Shown here piece by piece: positions 49,448 to 59,521 of a stretch of 64,000 nucleotides of DNA (positions are counted from its first letter, which is position 1; every line of letters begins with the position of its first letter). Source of the DNA: a virus. Lineage: Duplodnaviria > Heunggongvirae > Uroviricota > Caudoviricetes. The stretch is taken from positions 251,136 through 315,135 of the IMG/VR virus record IMGVR_UViG_3300037455_000543; one strand, 5' to 3'. The translations under genes and the position numbers were made by a program. The notes under the pieces were generated by a model, which saw only the letters and a list, made by a program, of their open reading frames with translations, did not search any database and was not told the DNA's origin.

Positions 49448-49801
49448 CTACTTTCCTTCAGTGAACAGTTTATACTGGTCAAGACAAACGGTTTCGATGA
49501 CATCAATCGTTTCGTTGATCTTGTTTTCCAGAGTGAACGGTGAATCATCGAACAGATTTCCGAAACTGTGCCAGTAGCTTGCTCTTGTGTTATAACGATC
49601 TCCGTCCATTGTAGTCATCACACAGAAGATCATGTCGTCGATATGCTTATAAATCGACAACTTATAACCCTTGTTTTCCTTGTCCCACAGTTCGACAGAA
49701 CCGTACTTCTCTTTAATGAGCAGTTTGCAACGGAAGACGAAATCGCCACTGTTAAAGTTCAGTTTTACGGTATTGCCGTTAATTTCGATTTTATATTTCA
49801 C
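49448..49801 (-). CDS. Hypothetical early protein
   Basis: GTG start with AGGAG SD. Confidence 0.6.
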   Translation of the reverse strand: MKYKIEINGNTVKLNFNSGDFVFRCKLLIKEKYGSVELWDKENKGYKLSIYKHIDDMIFCVMTTMDGDRYNTRASYWHSFGNLFDDSPFTLENKINETIDVIETVCLDQYKLFTEGK

Positions 49802-49991
49802 GTGTTAATCTCCTTTCGATTATGATTATAATATAGTAAATTTCATATGTATTGTCAATACGAAAAAATCAGAATTATTTCATTAGTCATCCGGCGAGGC
49901 CATCGAGAACTGCGCTTAATATAATAAACTTAAAAGAAACCTGCCGAGGGTTAACTCGACAGGTTCAACAGGAGGTTAACATGAAAATCCT

Positions 49992-50978
49992 TTACGGAAC
50001 ATACAGAATTGTGGGATTGTCCTTATGAACATCACACATCTTCATCCAGAACTGATTCTTCAGGCAATAACCGTACCAGTAGAAATCAATCATGTGAAGA
50101 TCCCAATCACTGAGCTTATTCATCTTGAAAGAAATCTTGTTCTTATCCTTCTTAATAGTTTCATGTTCAGGAAGGAAAGATTCGAAATCCTTTGCCTTGT
50201 CCAGATACACATCCGTAAGTTCGAATGTCGTATACTTATTTTCAGGGTCAGTGAAAACTCTTGGAGTAGGTAACGTGATTCCGTTATCCTTACAGAAGTT
50301 ATTCCACTTTTCCGTCATGGTTTGCATATTGAACGGCTTGGAGATGATATGCTTACCATTCTTCGTCGGGATGATAGGAGTTTCATCCATAACACCCTTA
50401 ATAGTTCTTTCGGTAGCAAGTTCAAGACTTACTTCTTCACTAAGTTCAAGCTGATCACAGTAACCCTTTAATTTTTCTGCTTCAGACTTGATATGTCGTA
50501 CATACGGTTCACATTCGAACATCATCCTTAACATATCTTCCTGATACGGAACATATTCCTTATCGAGGTCAACAATCCATGTCTTATCATTTCCAGCAGA
50601 ACATACTTGTCCAGCAGCGGATGCGACGAGATGATAAGGAGAGTTAAACGTTTCACCAGACTTACATTGCTGGGCAATATGCATCATCATTTCCAGTGCG
50701 ATACTCTTGAATGTTCTCTTGTTGAGTCTGATGTAAGCTCGGACATTGAACATATCACACATCTTGATGATATCTTCCTTCACCTTATCGAAATAGTCGA
50801 GCGAGGGGATGAGATAATCCTTGATGGAACGTGAATGCATGTTGCCGTGATAACGCGGGTCAGCCACACCGTTCGTATGAGGGTCATCACTCTGACGCCT
50901 CAGTAATTGCACATAATAGCAATCGCCTTCGTCTTCGAATTTAAGTAAGCTTCTGATTTGGTCAAAATTATTTACCAT
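49992..50978 (-). CDS. Putative AEP (primase-polymerase) superfamily protein
   Basis: WIVDLD and PTKNGKHII resemble the DxD and sxxGxH motifs. Confidence 0.5.
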   Translation of the reverse strand: MVNNFDQIRSLLKFEDEGDCYYVQLLRRQSDDPHTNGVADPRYHGNMHSRSIKDYLIPSLDYFDKVKEDIIKMCDMFNVRAYIRLNKRTFKSIALEMMMHIAQQCKSGETFNSPYHLVASAAGQVCSAGNDKTWIVDLDKEYVPYQEDMLRMMFECEPYVRHIKSEAEKLKGYCDQLELSEEVSLELATERTIKGVMDETPIIPTKNGKHIISKPFNMQTMTEKWNNFCKDNGITLPTPRVFTDPENKYTTFELTDVYLDKAKDFESFLPEHETIKKDKNKISFKMNKLSDWDLHMIDFYWYGYCLKNQFWMKMCDVHKDNPTILYVP

Positions 50979-51051
50979 TGTCGTTAATCCTTCTGTTATT
51001 ATATAATATAGTAAGTTATTACGGTAATGTAAACCTGTTTTACCCTACAGA

Positions 51052-51357
51052 TTACCTTGTGCCATCATCTATCACAACGGATTCTGTTCCATCCTGTGAT
51101 TTGATTTCTGTTGGAAGAACAGCATATTGTGTAACGGATTCGAATGAGCGTGGTTCTGTGACATGACATGCGTATGGCCACCAACCCAACTTCTTACTTC
51201 TCTTGTTCCGAACGAGTTGAACTTGCATCAACGTGTAACGTCTCGTATCTCCCCAGTATGTGCAGACAAGACCAAGAACAACATGGTTAAGCAAATACTC
51301 CATAGAGTTCTCAGTAACTGGTACAAATTGTAACGTAGTTTCCAAAATCTTATTCAT
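51052..51357 (-). CDS. Hypothetical early protein
   Basis: Promoter module and SD. Confidence 0.65.
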   Translation of the reverse strand: MNKILETTLQFVPVTENSMEYLLNHVVLGLVCTYWGDTRRYTLMQVQLVRNKRSKKLGWWPYACHVTEPRSFESVTQYAVLPTEIKSQDGTESVVIDDGTR

Positions 51358-51455
51358 TTATTAACCTCTTCGTTATGCTTATAATATAGTAAAAGACATG
51401 GCCATTGTAACCATGTCTAATTCTGGATTTTCCTTACAGTTTACACCACTGCAAT

Positions 51456-51770
51456 TCAATCGTTGTCATGAGGAACTTCTACGAGTTCAGCGCCGTCACA
51501 GTGATGAATCCGATAGATCTTACCTTCGACTTCTTTAATCTTGATGTCTGCGCCGAAACCGTTATATTCCGCCGGAGTTAAAGATTCAAGGGTTTCGATA
51601 AGGACAGGATCATGACGTTTGATGTTGTAACCAGTTCTGATCTCACTTTCAGTAGGACAACCAACCATGGTTCCGTTACGCTTTTCATAAATCTCCATGA
51701 ACCGGATAATTGCAGTGTCAGAAAGTTTGAATCCACCGTAATCATCATTGTATGCAACTTTAAGTGACAT
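51456..51770 (-). CDS. Conserved phage hypothetical protein
   Basis: N..YGGF.LS..A ... RHDP.L ... Y.I...DG.E pattern. Confidence 0.65.
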   Translation of the reverse strand: MSLKVAYNDDYGGFKLSDTAIIRFMEIYEKRNGTMVGCPTESEIRTGYNIKRHDPVLIETLESLTPAEYNGFGADIKIKEVEGKIYRIHHCDGAELVEVPHDND

Positions 51771-51786
51771 GTTTTATCTCCTTTTA

Positions 51787-52005
51787 TTATCCTTCGTAAC
51801 CGTAAATGAAAATACCATCAGGGCAATGAATTTCATGCTGTACCTTATGAACTCCTGCATGGAAACTATTCCAATACGGTTTGGTATAAGTTCCAGCAAC
51901 GAATCCGGCGAATTGTTCCCTAGTTAATCCCTTCCACCATTCATGGGTTTCGGAATCAAAGATGTTGAAAACTTCGTAAGAGTTGTAGGTTGGTTTTTTC
52001 GACAT
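51787..52005 (-). CDS. Hypothetical early protein
   Basis: Promoter module and SD. Confidence 0.65.
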   Translation of the reverse strand: MSKKPTYNSYEVFNIFDSETHEWWKGLTREQFAGFVAGTYTKPYWNSFHAGVHKVQHEIHCPDGIFIYGYEG

Positions 52006-52080
52006 ATGTTAATCTCCTGTTTGTTTATAATATAGAAAAATCCAGAGTTTTCGTAAACCCTGGATATAATAATGTTCTGT

Positions 52081-52305
52081 TTAGCCAAATGTATAAGACA
52101 CAGTTTTCGTCATCTTCATCACAGTAAGTGTCTGTCCGGGAAAATTCTTTTCGAGATATTCTTTCCGTTCGTTCGCAGACTTTTCGTTATCCCACTTCAT
52201 TGCCCATTCCGGTGAGTTACAATAGACGATATGTTTCTTGCCAGCGAAGGACCAGTTCTGAACTGCTTTCCCTGTTCTGGTATTCAGTATGATGTATTTT
52301 TCCAT
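52081..52305 (-). CDS. Hypothetical protein
   Basis: Coupled to the upstream lipoprotein gene. Confidence 0.6.
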   Translation of the reverse strand: MEKYIILNTRTGKAVQNWSFAGKKHIVYCNSPEWAMKWDNEKSANERKEYLEKNFPGQTLTVMKMTKTVSYTFG

Positions 52306-52306
52306 G

Positions 52307-52582
52307 TTACTTACCGTTATAAAGCGGATTGATTTGTTTCACTGCTTGGTAATTCGAGATGTTATGAAAAGTTCTTCCATCATCACAGATGAGCATCGGA
52401 TAATGCATATATGCTCCAGTGTTTTCCCGTGTCAATCGACCGACACATTCAATACCTCCAGGAAGGATGTAAGTCATGTGAGAGTCTTTGAAGCTCATGT
52501 CATATTGTTCTTGACAACCAGCTGCGACCATTGCTATTCCGATGGGAATCACGACCATTAGAGTAAGGATAAGTTTCTTCAT
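52307..52582 (-). CDS. Putative lipoprotein
   Basis: MKK + hydrophobic stretch + AAGC. Confidence 0.6.
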   Translation of the reverse strand: MKKLILTLMVVIPIGIAMVAAGCQEQYDMSFKDSHMTYILPGGIECVGRLTRENTGAYMHYPMLICDDGRTFHNISNYQAVKQINPLYNGK

Positions 52583-52638
52583 TGTTTAACCTCTTGTTGA
52601 TGTTTATAATATAGTAAATTCTGAATTTTTTGTAAACC

Positions 52639-52851
52639 TTATACTATGGTTCCTATTGTTACAGGCACCCCTACAAAGAACAGTGTCACGAGCAAAGAGA
52701 TGAAAAGGATCTCAGCAATCTTGAGAAGGACATAAGTTCCAATTGCAATGATCGTCTTTCCGAGACAACCACAATTGTTACCGAACTTTCCAACGATAAT
52801 GGCCGTCACAATCACGTTAAAGATGAAGAGAAGAAATCCGAGAAAAGACAT
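52639..52851 (-). CDS. Small membrane protein
   Basis: Two TM segments; GGAGG SD. Confidence 0.6.
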   Translation of the reverse strand: MSFLGFLLFIFNVIVTAIIVGKFGNNCGCLGKTIIAIGTYVLLKIAEILFISLLVTLFFVGVPVTIGTIV

Positions 52852-52933
52852 TCATAACCTCCGTGTTATGATTATAATATAGAAAAAACCGGTTATTTTG
52901 TAACCGGTTCTATTCTGATTTTTCTGTTTCAGC

Positions 52934-53380
52934 CTACTCTTCGAGTTCGAACGAGTATTGTCCCGCGTAACATGGACCTGTGACCTTCTCTTCCAATCCG
53001 TTTTCTTTTTCGAAACATTGTACGATGTCAGAGAGATGGGTACAATCCAAAACACCAACGAACTTACGGAGAACCTTGATTTCGTCCCACGTAATCGGAT
53101 CGGCTTCTTCCAACCAACCTTGTACGTCTTCTACCGACATTTCATAGTATTCATGATTGTCATCATCAACGGTGACTTCGGGATCACATTCGTTGATTCG
53201 GTTGAGCAATTCTTCCTTTTGCTTTTCCGTAACGATAATCTTTTCCTTGCACCATGGACCGGAACCGCATTCGAAATCTACACAATAGAACTTCTTACTT
53301 GCGAGTTCATCTACGGTAAGTTTGCGACGGTCGCGGTTAATGTCAACTGCTCTTCTTAACTTAGGCATTATGTACTCCAT
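52934..53380 (-). CDS. Hypothetical early protein
   Basis: Promoter module upstream. Confidence 0.65.
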   Translation of the reverse strand: MEYIMPKLRRAVDINRDRRKLTVDELASKKFYCVDFECGSGPWCKEKIIVTEKQKEELLNRINECDPEVTVDDDNHEYYEMSVEDVQGWLEEADPITWDEIKVLRKFVGVLDCTHLSDIVQCFEKENGLEEKVTGPCYAGQYSFELEE

Positions 53381-53583
53381 TTGTTAATCGTTATGTTCAT
53401 AATATAGAAAATTCTATTGTTTTTGTAATAAAAAACGACCAGAACTTTTGCTCTAGTCGTCTTTCGGAGGTTAACATGAAACTCTTTTAACAGTAGTATG
53501 CCAGAGTCACACAGAATCCAATCGCAACTGCGAATTCAATAATGTCTTCTGTAATCATTAAGAACTTTTTCATTTTCTACTCC

Positions 53584-53781
53584 TTATCCGACAAATCCCG
53601 CAATTCCACCAAACACGAACGTAATTCCCTTCGCTTCGGTCTTAACGATGTCGGTAACGAAATAGACCGCGGAAGTAATCGTGTTACAGAGATGTTTGAC
53701 ACAGTTATAATCACCAACAATCATTCCGATGACGAAGAAGATTGCGAGAACGATGAGTGTGATAGTCAGGACTTTGGACAT
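53584..53781 (-). CDS. Small membrane protein
   Basis: GGAGG SD; TM segment. Confidence 0.6.
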   Translation of the reverse strand: MSKVLTITLIVLAIFFVIGMIVGDYNCVKHLCNTITSAVYFVTDIVKTEAKGITFVFGGIAGFVG

Positions 53782-53850
53782 GGTGTAACCTCCGTTGTTT
53801 GATTATAATATAGTTAATCTAGGACCATTTGTAAGTGGGAAAACTCAGAA

Positions 53851-54135
53851 TTAACTTTTACAGTCACCAGTGGCACACTTTCTCAAGAATTCTTCAAACA
53901 GGTTGATACCGTATTCTTTGTCATCCCATGGGATTGCAGTTGTCGACCACGGTTCCACGTAGACACAGAACATCGTACCACAGACGAAGACAGATTCGAG
54001 ATCCAGACGATAATGTAAACCGTCCAGATCACTGTCCCAATTATTGGAAAAATTCTTCATCATCGTTTCCGCTTCTTCTACGGTGTCGAATTCGATGACG
54101 AACGTGTGGTGTTTACGGTCAATATTCCATTTCAT
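53851..54135 (-). CDS. Hypothetical early protein
   Basis: Promoter module and SD. Confidence 0.65.
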   Translation of the reverse strand: MKWNIDRKHHTFVIEFDTVEEAETMMKNFSNNWDSDLDGLHYRLDLESVFVCGTMFCVYVEPWSTTAIPWDDKEYGINLFEEFLRKCATGDCKS

Positions 54136-54214
54136 ATTTAACTCTCCTGTTTGTTTATAATATAGAAAAATCCAGAGTTTTCGTAAACCCTGGATATTCT
54201 GGATTTTCTTTCAG

Positions 54215-54433
54215 TTATCGCTTGATTTTTACTTTTTGCGTACATGAATGCAGTTCGCTAGAATGTTTCTTGAAACAATTACTACAGACATATACAAGTA
54301 AATTGTCACGGTTCTTCCCATAAAGTCTGAACGAACCATCATTCTTCTTATGACACCAGTGACAACGTTTTTCTTTGTCGTTTCCACCAAGGTAGTTCAA
54401 CATTTTTGTTTCATCGTTTGAATAGTGAGGCAT
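54215..54433 (-). CDS. Small zinc-finger protein
   Basis: CHWC...CSNC. Confidence 0.6.
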   Translation of the reverse strand: MPHYSNDETKMLNYLGGNDKEKRCHWCHKKNDGSFRLYGKNRDNLLVYVCSNCFKKHSSELHSCTQKVKIKR

Positions 54434-54530
54434 TGTAATCTCCGTTAATCATCCCAACCGTTTTCGTCACCGAAACCTTCTCCAATCGCTTGGATAACCT
54501 GTAGACAGATAGAAAAGAACTTCTTAATCA

Positions 54531-54785
54531 TTATTCAACCTCCTTGAACCAACGTTGGAGATTATCCTTGAGTTCTTTTTCATCTGGAAAAGAATAATCT
54601 TCCGCCCAACAGACCAGAACCGAGAACTGTTTGTCAGAACCAGTGATGAAAAAGTTTTCAAGACCATTTGCATCGTAGTAATTGTCCATACGGTTACAGA
54701 TATATTCTACCTGACTTTCCGTCGCTCCAGAGAGTTCAAGAGTGATGACATCGACGGTGCTGTTGAAGTCAATTTCGATTTCCAT
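54531..54785 (-). CDS. Hypothetical early protein
   Basis: Promoter module and SD. Confidence 0.65.
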   Translation of the reverse strand: MEIEIDFNSTVDVITLELSGATESQVEYICNRMDNYYDANGLENFFITGSDKQFSVLVCWAEDYSFPDEKELKDNLQRWFKEVE

Positions 54786-54979
54786 AAGTTAATCTCCTAT
54801 TTTTATTATAATATAGTTAATTCTGGGCGATTTGTTAATGTAAAATAATCAGAATTGTTTGCTCAGACAGCATTAGTAGCTTTAATCTACAGAAAAGTCA
54901 GGAGTCTTTATCGACTCCCGACCACTTCTTCCGGGTACATACCAGTGGACCAGGTCGGATCGCTCCGGCTTGTTCTGTA

Positions 54980-55318
54980 TTACATACACAATACTGTTAT
55001 CACACTGAAAAACATAAATCCGATCGAAATCTTAGACAGCAAATCAGTCTTAATGTTCTTACATGTTCCACATTCAATTCCGTTCAAATTCCAGATGTAA
55101 GGATTGTATGAATGAAAATCATAACCATTATCCCAGTCATGGAAATGATCATATCTCGGTTCTTCATACATTCCACCGTCTCGAAGAAGTTTGAATCCGT
55201 TTCGACCAACATACTGGATGAGTTCTTTCTTCGTCATCTTATGTTTGACAGTCTGTGTTCCAGCACAGCCAGCCTGATAAGTTACAGACACATTGTAGAT
55301 TCTTTTTTCTTGATTCAT
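54980..55318 (-). CDS. Hypothetical protein whose 3' end is a decayed duplicate of the neighbouring gene
   Basis: In frame after its stop: ...DPTWSTGMYPEE, matching 55475 protein. Confidence 0.5.
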   Translation of the reverse strand: MNQEKRIYNVSVTYQAGCAGTQTVKHKMTKKELIQYVGRNGFKLLRDGGMYEEPRYDHFHDWDNGYDFHSYNPYIWNLNGIECGTCKNIKTDLLSKISIGFMFFSVITVLCM

Positions 55319-55474
55319 AATTAACCTTCCTTTTGTTTCACAAAAGATAGAAAAATTTTTGATTTTTGTATATAAAAAATCTAGAATTATAATTAATCAG
55401 ACAGCATTAGTAGCTTTAATCTACAGAAAAGTCAGGAGTCTTAATTGACTCCCGTCCACTTCAGAGACTGGAGG

Positions 55475-55969
55475 TTAATCCCATTCCTTACAGAGTTTCT
55501 TGTTTTCAAGATCCTTGAAGATTCCCTTCCAGTTGTTGTAACAATCGTCGAAGTATTCTTCCGGGTACATACCGGTGGACCAGGAGGAAGGATCTTCATC
55601 GTGAGAGGGTTCGTCTTCACCACAAATCACACACAATACCATCCTGACAACTTCTCGAATGTCCGGAGATACATAATCCATATCATCCCACTTCGTAGTT
55701 TCACCGTCACTGGTCTGTTCCAGATGATAAACGAGGTGGTAGAACGGATTCTCGTCCTTGTCGTCATGTTTCCAACAGATGGTGAGATGTCCTTCCGTAC
55801 ATTCCGGTTTGTCTTCACAGTAAGTGTGAATCTTGATGATGTCGAAGTTCTTTTCGTAAGTCAACTTTACGTCGACAGACGGGAAAGACCGAGCGATGTA
55901 GACTTGATTACCGAAGTCTTTGTTGATTCGTCCGATGATTTCAAAGATGTTGATGTTTTCTTTTTTCAT
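55475..55969 (-). CDS. Hypothetical early protein
   Basis: Promoter module and SD. Confidence 0.7.
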   Translation of the reverse strand: MKKENINIFEIIGRINKDFGNQVYIARSFPSVDVKLTYEKNFDIIKIHTYCEDKPECTEGHLTICWKHDDKDENPFYHLVYHLEQTSDGETTKWDDMDYVSPDIREVVRMVLCVICGEDEPSHDEDPSSWSTGMYPEEYFDDCYNNWKGIFKDLENKKLCKEWD

Positions 55970-56054
55970 GTGTTAATCTCCTTTCGATTATGACTATAAT
56001 ATAGAAAAAATCCAGAATTGTGTCAACCCTGGATTAAAGATTCTTATGTTGTGG

Positions 56055-56420
56055 TTAGCCATTATAGTCTTTGAAGAACTTCATATAACTGTTCCAAGCT
56101 TTCATGAACTTCGGTTTAGTCAGTGATTCCCAAGACAATACTCTGTCTTCCAGCCTCACTGTGACGGAAGGCATTTTGTCTTCGTCAAAACTGTAATACT
56201 GAACCGTTCCGTCCATGAACTTGATTTCCACACTCTTGAATCCGTCACAATCGTTCATTACGACGGAATAGACATGACCAATCCCTTCGAGACTTGTATT
56301 CGGCCAAAAAGACATTTCAGTTCCATATTTGTTCTTGGTGATGTTCACGATTCCCTTGTCAGACTGAGAGGCGAAGGCGATAGAGACGATGAGGAGAGCG
56401 AAGATGATGATTTTTTTCAT
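56055..56420 (-). CDS. Secreted protein
   Basis: MKKIIIFALLIVSIAFA signal peptide. Confidence 0.65.
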   Translation of the reverse strand: MKKIIIFALLIVSIAFASQSDKGIVNITKNKYGTEMSFWPNTSLEGIGHVYSVVMNDCDGFKSVEIKFMDGTVQYYSFDEDKMPSVTVRLEDRVLSWESLTKPKFMKAWNSYMKFFKDYNG

Positions 56421-56584
56421 GTTATTTTCCTTTTTGTTTGATTACAAGATAGTTAATTCTGAACTTCTTGTAAGTAGAAAATGTTAGAATTTAAATATAC
56501 AGTCGACATTCGTAGACATAATCAACAAAAAAACCTGGACCGTAACAGATCCAGGTTCTTCTCGGAAAGGGGTGATTAACAAAA

Positions 56585-56947
56585 TTACTTGTCGAAGTAC
56601 TGCCAACGAGTCTTTTCAACCTTCTGAATGAACTTTTCGTCCGGAACGAAATAATCATGGTCATTCTGGGTCTTCCATGCTTCGATGTTCTTTTCGACAG
56701 CGGAACGAGTGTAACGACACCAACCATCATGGGGACCAGACCAATCGGTCATATCCTTCTGATGCTGATACTTGATGGGAGTGCAGGTTTCTTCGTCGAA
56801 ACCTTCTTCATCTTCCACAATACCATTCATCTGAGCCTTTTCACGGGCACGACGCTGTTGTTTGGTATCGTGTTTCCACTTCTTCATTCCCCTGTGGGAG
56901 ACACAGCAACACGGACGCTTTGCAACTTTACGATAAGAACGAGACAT
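56585..56947 (-). CDS. Conserved basic phage protein (MSRSYRK type)
   Basis: MSRSYRK...KKWK...RR. Confidence 0.65.
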   Translation of the reverse strand: MSRSYRKVAKRPCCCVSHRGMKKWKHDTKQQRRAREKAQMNGIVEDEEGFDEETCTPIKYQHQKDMTDWSGPHDGWCRYTRSAVEKNIEAWKTQNDHDYFVPDEKFIQKVEKTRWQYFDK

Positions 56948-57022
56948 ATTTTATTTCCTTTTTAATTACGCCACTAAATATATAAAATTTTCAGAACTCT
57001 TAACACACTATCGGATTAAGCT

Positions 57023-57223
57023 TTATTCATTTAGCTCATCAGCCTGAAGCTGGTCAGCCGAATGAGCAGCGAGATATTGTTTACGGAACTTTTCGCCGGA
57101 TCTCTTAACCAACTCTCTTACGAACTCTTCACCAGGATCACAACCTCTGCGTTCTCCTTCCAGCCACTTCTCCACTTCAATCCAGTGGATTTGTTCCATC
57201 ATGTATCTCTGAAAATCGTCCAT
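57023..57223 (-). CDS. DUF4032-like small protein
   Basis: I..EKWLEGERRGCDPG......V......FR. Confidence 0.55.
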   Translation of the reverse strand: MDDFQRYMMEQIHWIEVEKWLEGERRGCDPGEEFVRELVKRSGEKFRKQYLAAHSADQLQADELNE

Positions 57224-57258
57224 AAAAAAGTTCCCCTCCTTTTTTATTTACGGACGGA

Positions 57259-57606
57259 TTACCCGTGACCGGCCGGAGCGTCGATGTGAATCACACGCTT
57301 CAAAGCTCGATATCCTTCAATCGAACCCCACTTCACACCGTCAATCTGCATTTCCCAGAGATCCCAGCGGTTACCGTAACACAGACACTTGTGGTTGATG
57401 ATCTTGACGTGCTTGTCCTTCAGGACCTGCGGTTTCCATTCGTCATCGTCATAAACCTTACGTCCATGAGAATCCCAGTAGATGTCAATCTTGACCTGCT
57501 TGAAATCCCCTTCGAAAAGGACTTCGTCGCCGAGATCCTGAGTCGGAATATGAATGACCGTAGCTTCCATCGGAACGCCGCCAACTTCAATCGTTTCTGT
57601 TGCCAT
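57259..57606 (-). CDS. Hypothetical early protein
   Basis: Start MATETI after GAGG SD. Confidence 0.65.
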   Translation of the reverse strand: MATETIEVGGVPMEATVIHIPTQDLGDEVLFEGDFKQVKIDIYWDSHGRKVYDDDEWKPQVLKDKHVKIINHKCLCYGNRWDLWEMQIDGVKWGSIEGYRALKRVIHIDAPAGHG

Positions 57607-57802
57607 ATTGTATAACCTCTTGTTGATGTGTATAATATAGTAACTTCTGACAATCCTGTCAATAGGTAATATCAGAATTATTTTCTTCAGTAATCCATGG
57701 CCACATATATTCATACTCGCGTTTTAAGACCCTGTTTATAATACCAGTGTAATTACACCTGTAATAATAAATACTGTCCCAGAACGCGAATATGAACGAT
57801 TA

Positions 57803-58438
57803 TTAGTAGTAATTCTGCCAAACCTTCTCGGTCAATCCTGCATCGACAATAACCAACTTGCCTTTAGGGTTGATACCATAATTAGCCATCCTATGTGACA
57901 TCAGGTCGCCGACTGCCATATCATTCTTTACGATGAAATTCACGAACTTTTTCGCAATGTCTGTATTGTGAACCTTCAGCGTCGACGGTGCAACTCCGTG
58001 TTTCTTATAGAGATATTTGTGTAAAAGCTGGTCAAACTGTTTCGGCGACATCTTGAAACGTTCTTTAATATTGGTTCTGTCTGCTCTGGTACAATAATCT
58101 ACGACCAACCAGGCTGGACGAACATGAGGTTCCTTTCGATGAACCTTGCATACGAATTCAGACTTGATTCCTGCTTCTACCTTATTCTGTTCAAGACCTG
58201 CTTCACTGGTTGCGACTTTCAAGACCAAACCATCTTCCAAGAGATAAGCCTGTCTGCTGGAACCTTCACCAATCCTGGGAAGAACAATCGAATTACGGAG
58301 CTTTTCCAGTGCATTGTAGTAGACTTCATAAGAATCAAATACATGGTTCAAGGATATAAAACTGTCACGTTCTTCGCGGTAGAACTTCTTATAATCCTTG
58401 TTCAACCTTGCCAGCAACTGTTTGGTTTCCTTTTTCAT
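57803..58438 (-). CDS. Protein kinase-like protein
   Basis: IGEGSSR (Gly loop), VLKVA, N..E, GDL.....NYG, IVDAG. Confidence 0.7.
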   Translation of the reverse strand: MKKETKQLLARLNKDYKKFYREERDSFISLNHVFDSYEVYYNALEKLRNSIVLPRIGEGSSRQAYLLEDGLVLKVATSEAGLEQNKVEAGIKSEFVCKVHRKEPHVRPAWLVVDYCTRADRTNIKERFKMSPKQFDQLLHKYLYKKHGVAPSTLKVHNTDIAKKFVNFIVKNDMAVGDLMSHRMANYGINPKGKLVIVDAGLTEKVWQNYY

Positions 58439-58745
58439 TATACCTCCCAGATATAAATGTTGGGGTTTGTCTTCTTCAGGTCATTGTAGACACGTTCGAC
58501 TGTCCTGTAATCGGGGTCCTTATAGAGTACTTTTCGACCTTCGCGGATAGAATAGATTTTCTTGCAGTTGATGAATTCCATTACCGAATCTCCTTATCGT
58601 TGAGGGTTACGTCCACAACCTTTAATCCCCACTTCTTTGCGAGTTCCCGAACCAGTTGCGACTTGCTAGGTGCAGTTCTCATTCTTACGGTGAATTCTTC
58701 GTTGAATCCTGTAATTTTTTCATTGAATCCCATTAGACTGTCTCC

Positions 58746-59153
58746 TTACACGTTTACGTCTTCGTTTTCCAACACCACACCATGATCGGTAAGGAACTTG
58801 AGAACCTGTTCACGGTTATAGACACTGAGATCGATGGTGAAGCTGGTGACACCAGTAATGGTCAATGTCTGGGACGATTTGGGATTGCAGAACAGGATAG
58901 TGGAATCTTCACCCATTCGATCATCCAGCTGATCACACTTCTGGAATTCATACCAAGGCTGGAGATTGGACAAGACAAGACCTGTCGGAACATAACGAAC
59001 ATGCGGTGAACACTTCACTTCGTGGATCCTTCCGTAATACTTCATGGGACCCATCTGACCGTGACGGTCCTTATCCTTATGCTGGTTGATGATGATGTTG
59101 AAACCGCGTTCGGTGAAGTTTTGGCAGTTGAGTTCGAGATAATCTTTCTTCAT
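58746..59153 (-). CDS. Hypothetical early protein
   Basis: Promoter module and SD. Confidence 0.65.
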   Translation of the reverse strand: MKKDYLELNCQNFTERGFNIIINQHKDKDRHGQMGPMKYYGRIHEVKCSPHVRYVPTGLVLSNLQPWYEFQKCDQLDDRMGEDSTILFCNPKSSQTLTITGVTSFTIDLSVYNREQVLKFLTDHGVVLENEDVNV

Positions 59154-59233
59154 AATAACCTCATTGTTATGTCTATAATATAAAAAATCCGGATTGAATT
59201 GTCAACCCGGAAAATTCAGAATTATGCGTTCAG

Positions 59234-59521
59234 TCAGGTAGGATCGCCGTAGTATTCCTTGTAGAAGTCGGACTCCAGGAATTCGTTGATTTCATCAATA
59301 AACCCCTGGTTCGTCCCTCGACGAATGAATGACTTTTCGGCGCCGTCATCACACGAGAATGTGATTGGAACTTGTGGAAGATCTCTGAGTCTTTTCGAAT
59401 ATACTACGGTTCTTCCGTCCGTAAGTTCCAAGTCCGTCTTCGTGAATCTGACGTTATACCCAGTGACGTCGACAAACCCATGGTCAGGGCTTTTGATACC
59501 GACAATTTTACGCATCGACAA
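59234..59521 (-). CDS. Hypothetical protein
   Basis: Overlaps upstream gene end. Confidence 0.55.
   Translation of the reverse strand: MSMRKIVGIKSPDHGFVDVTGYNVRFTKTDLELTDGRTVVYSKRLRDLPQVPITFSCDDGAEKSFIRRGTNQGFIDEINEFLESDFYKEYYGDPT

Noticed and set aside
36319-53490. GGAGGTTAACATGAAA as starts of real + strand minigenes
   Set aside because: No + strand promoter is seen, downstream frames are not conserved, and two copies lack ATG. Disfavoured but not excluded.
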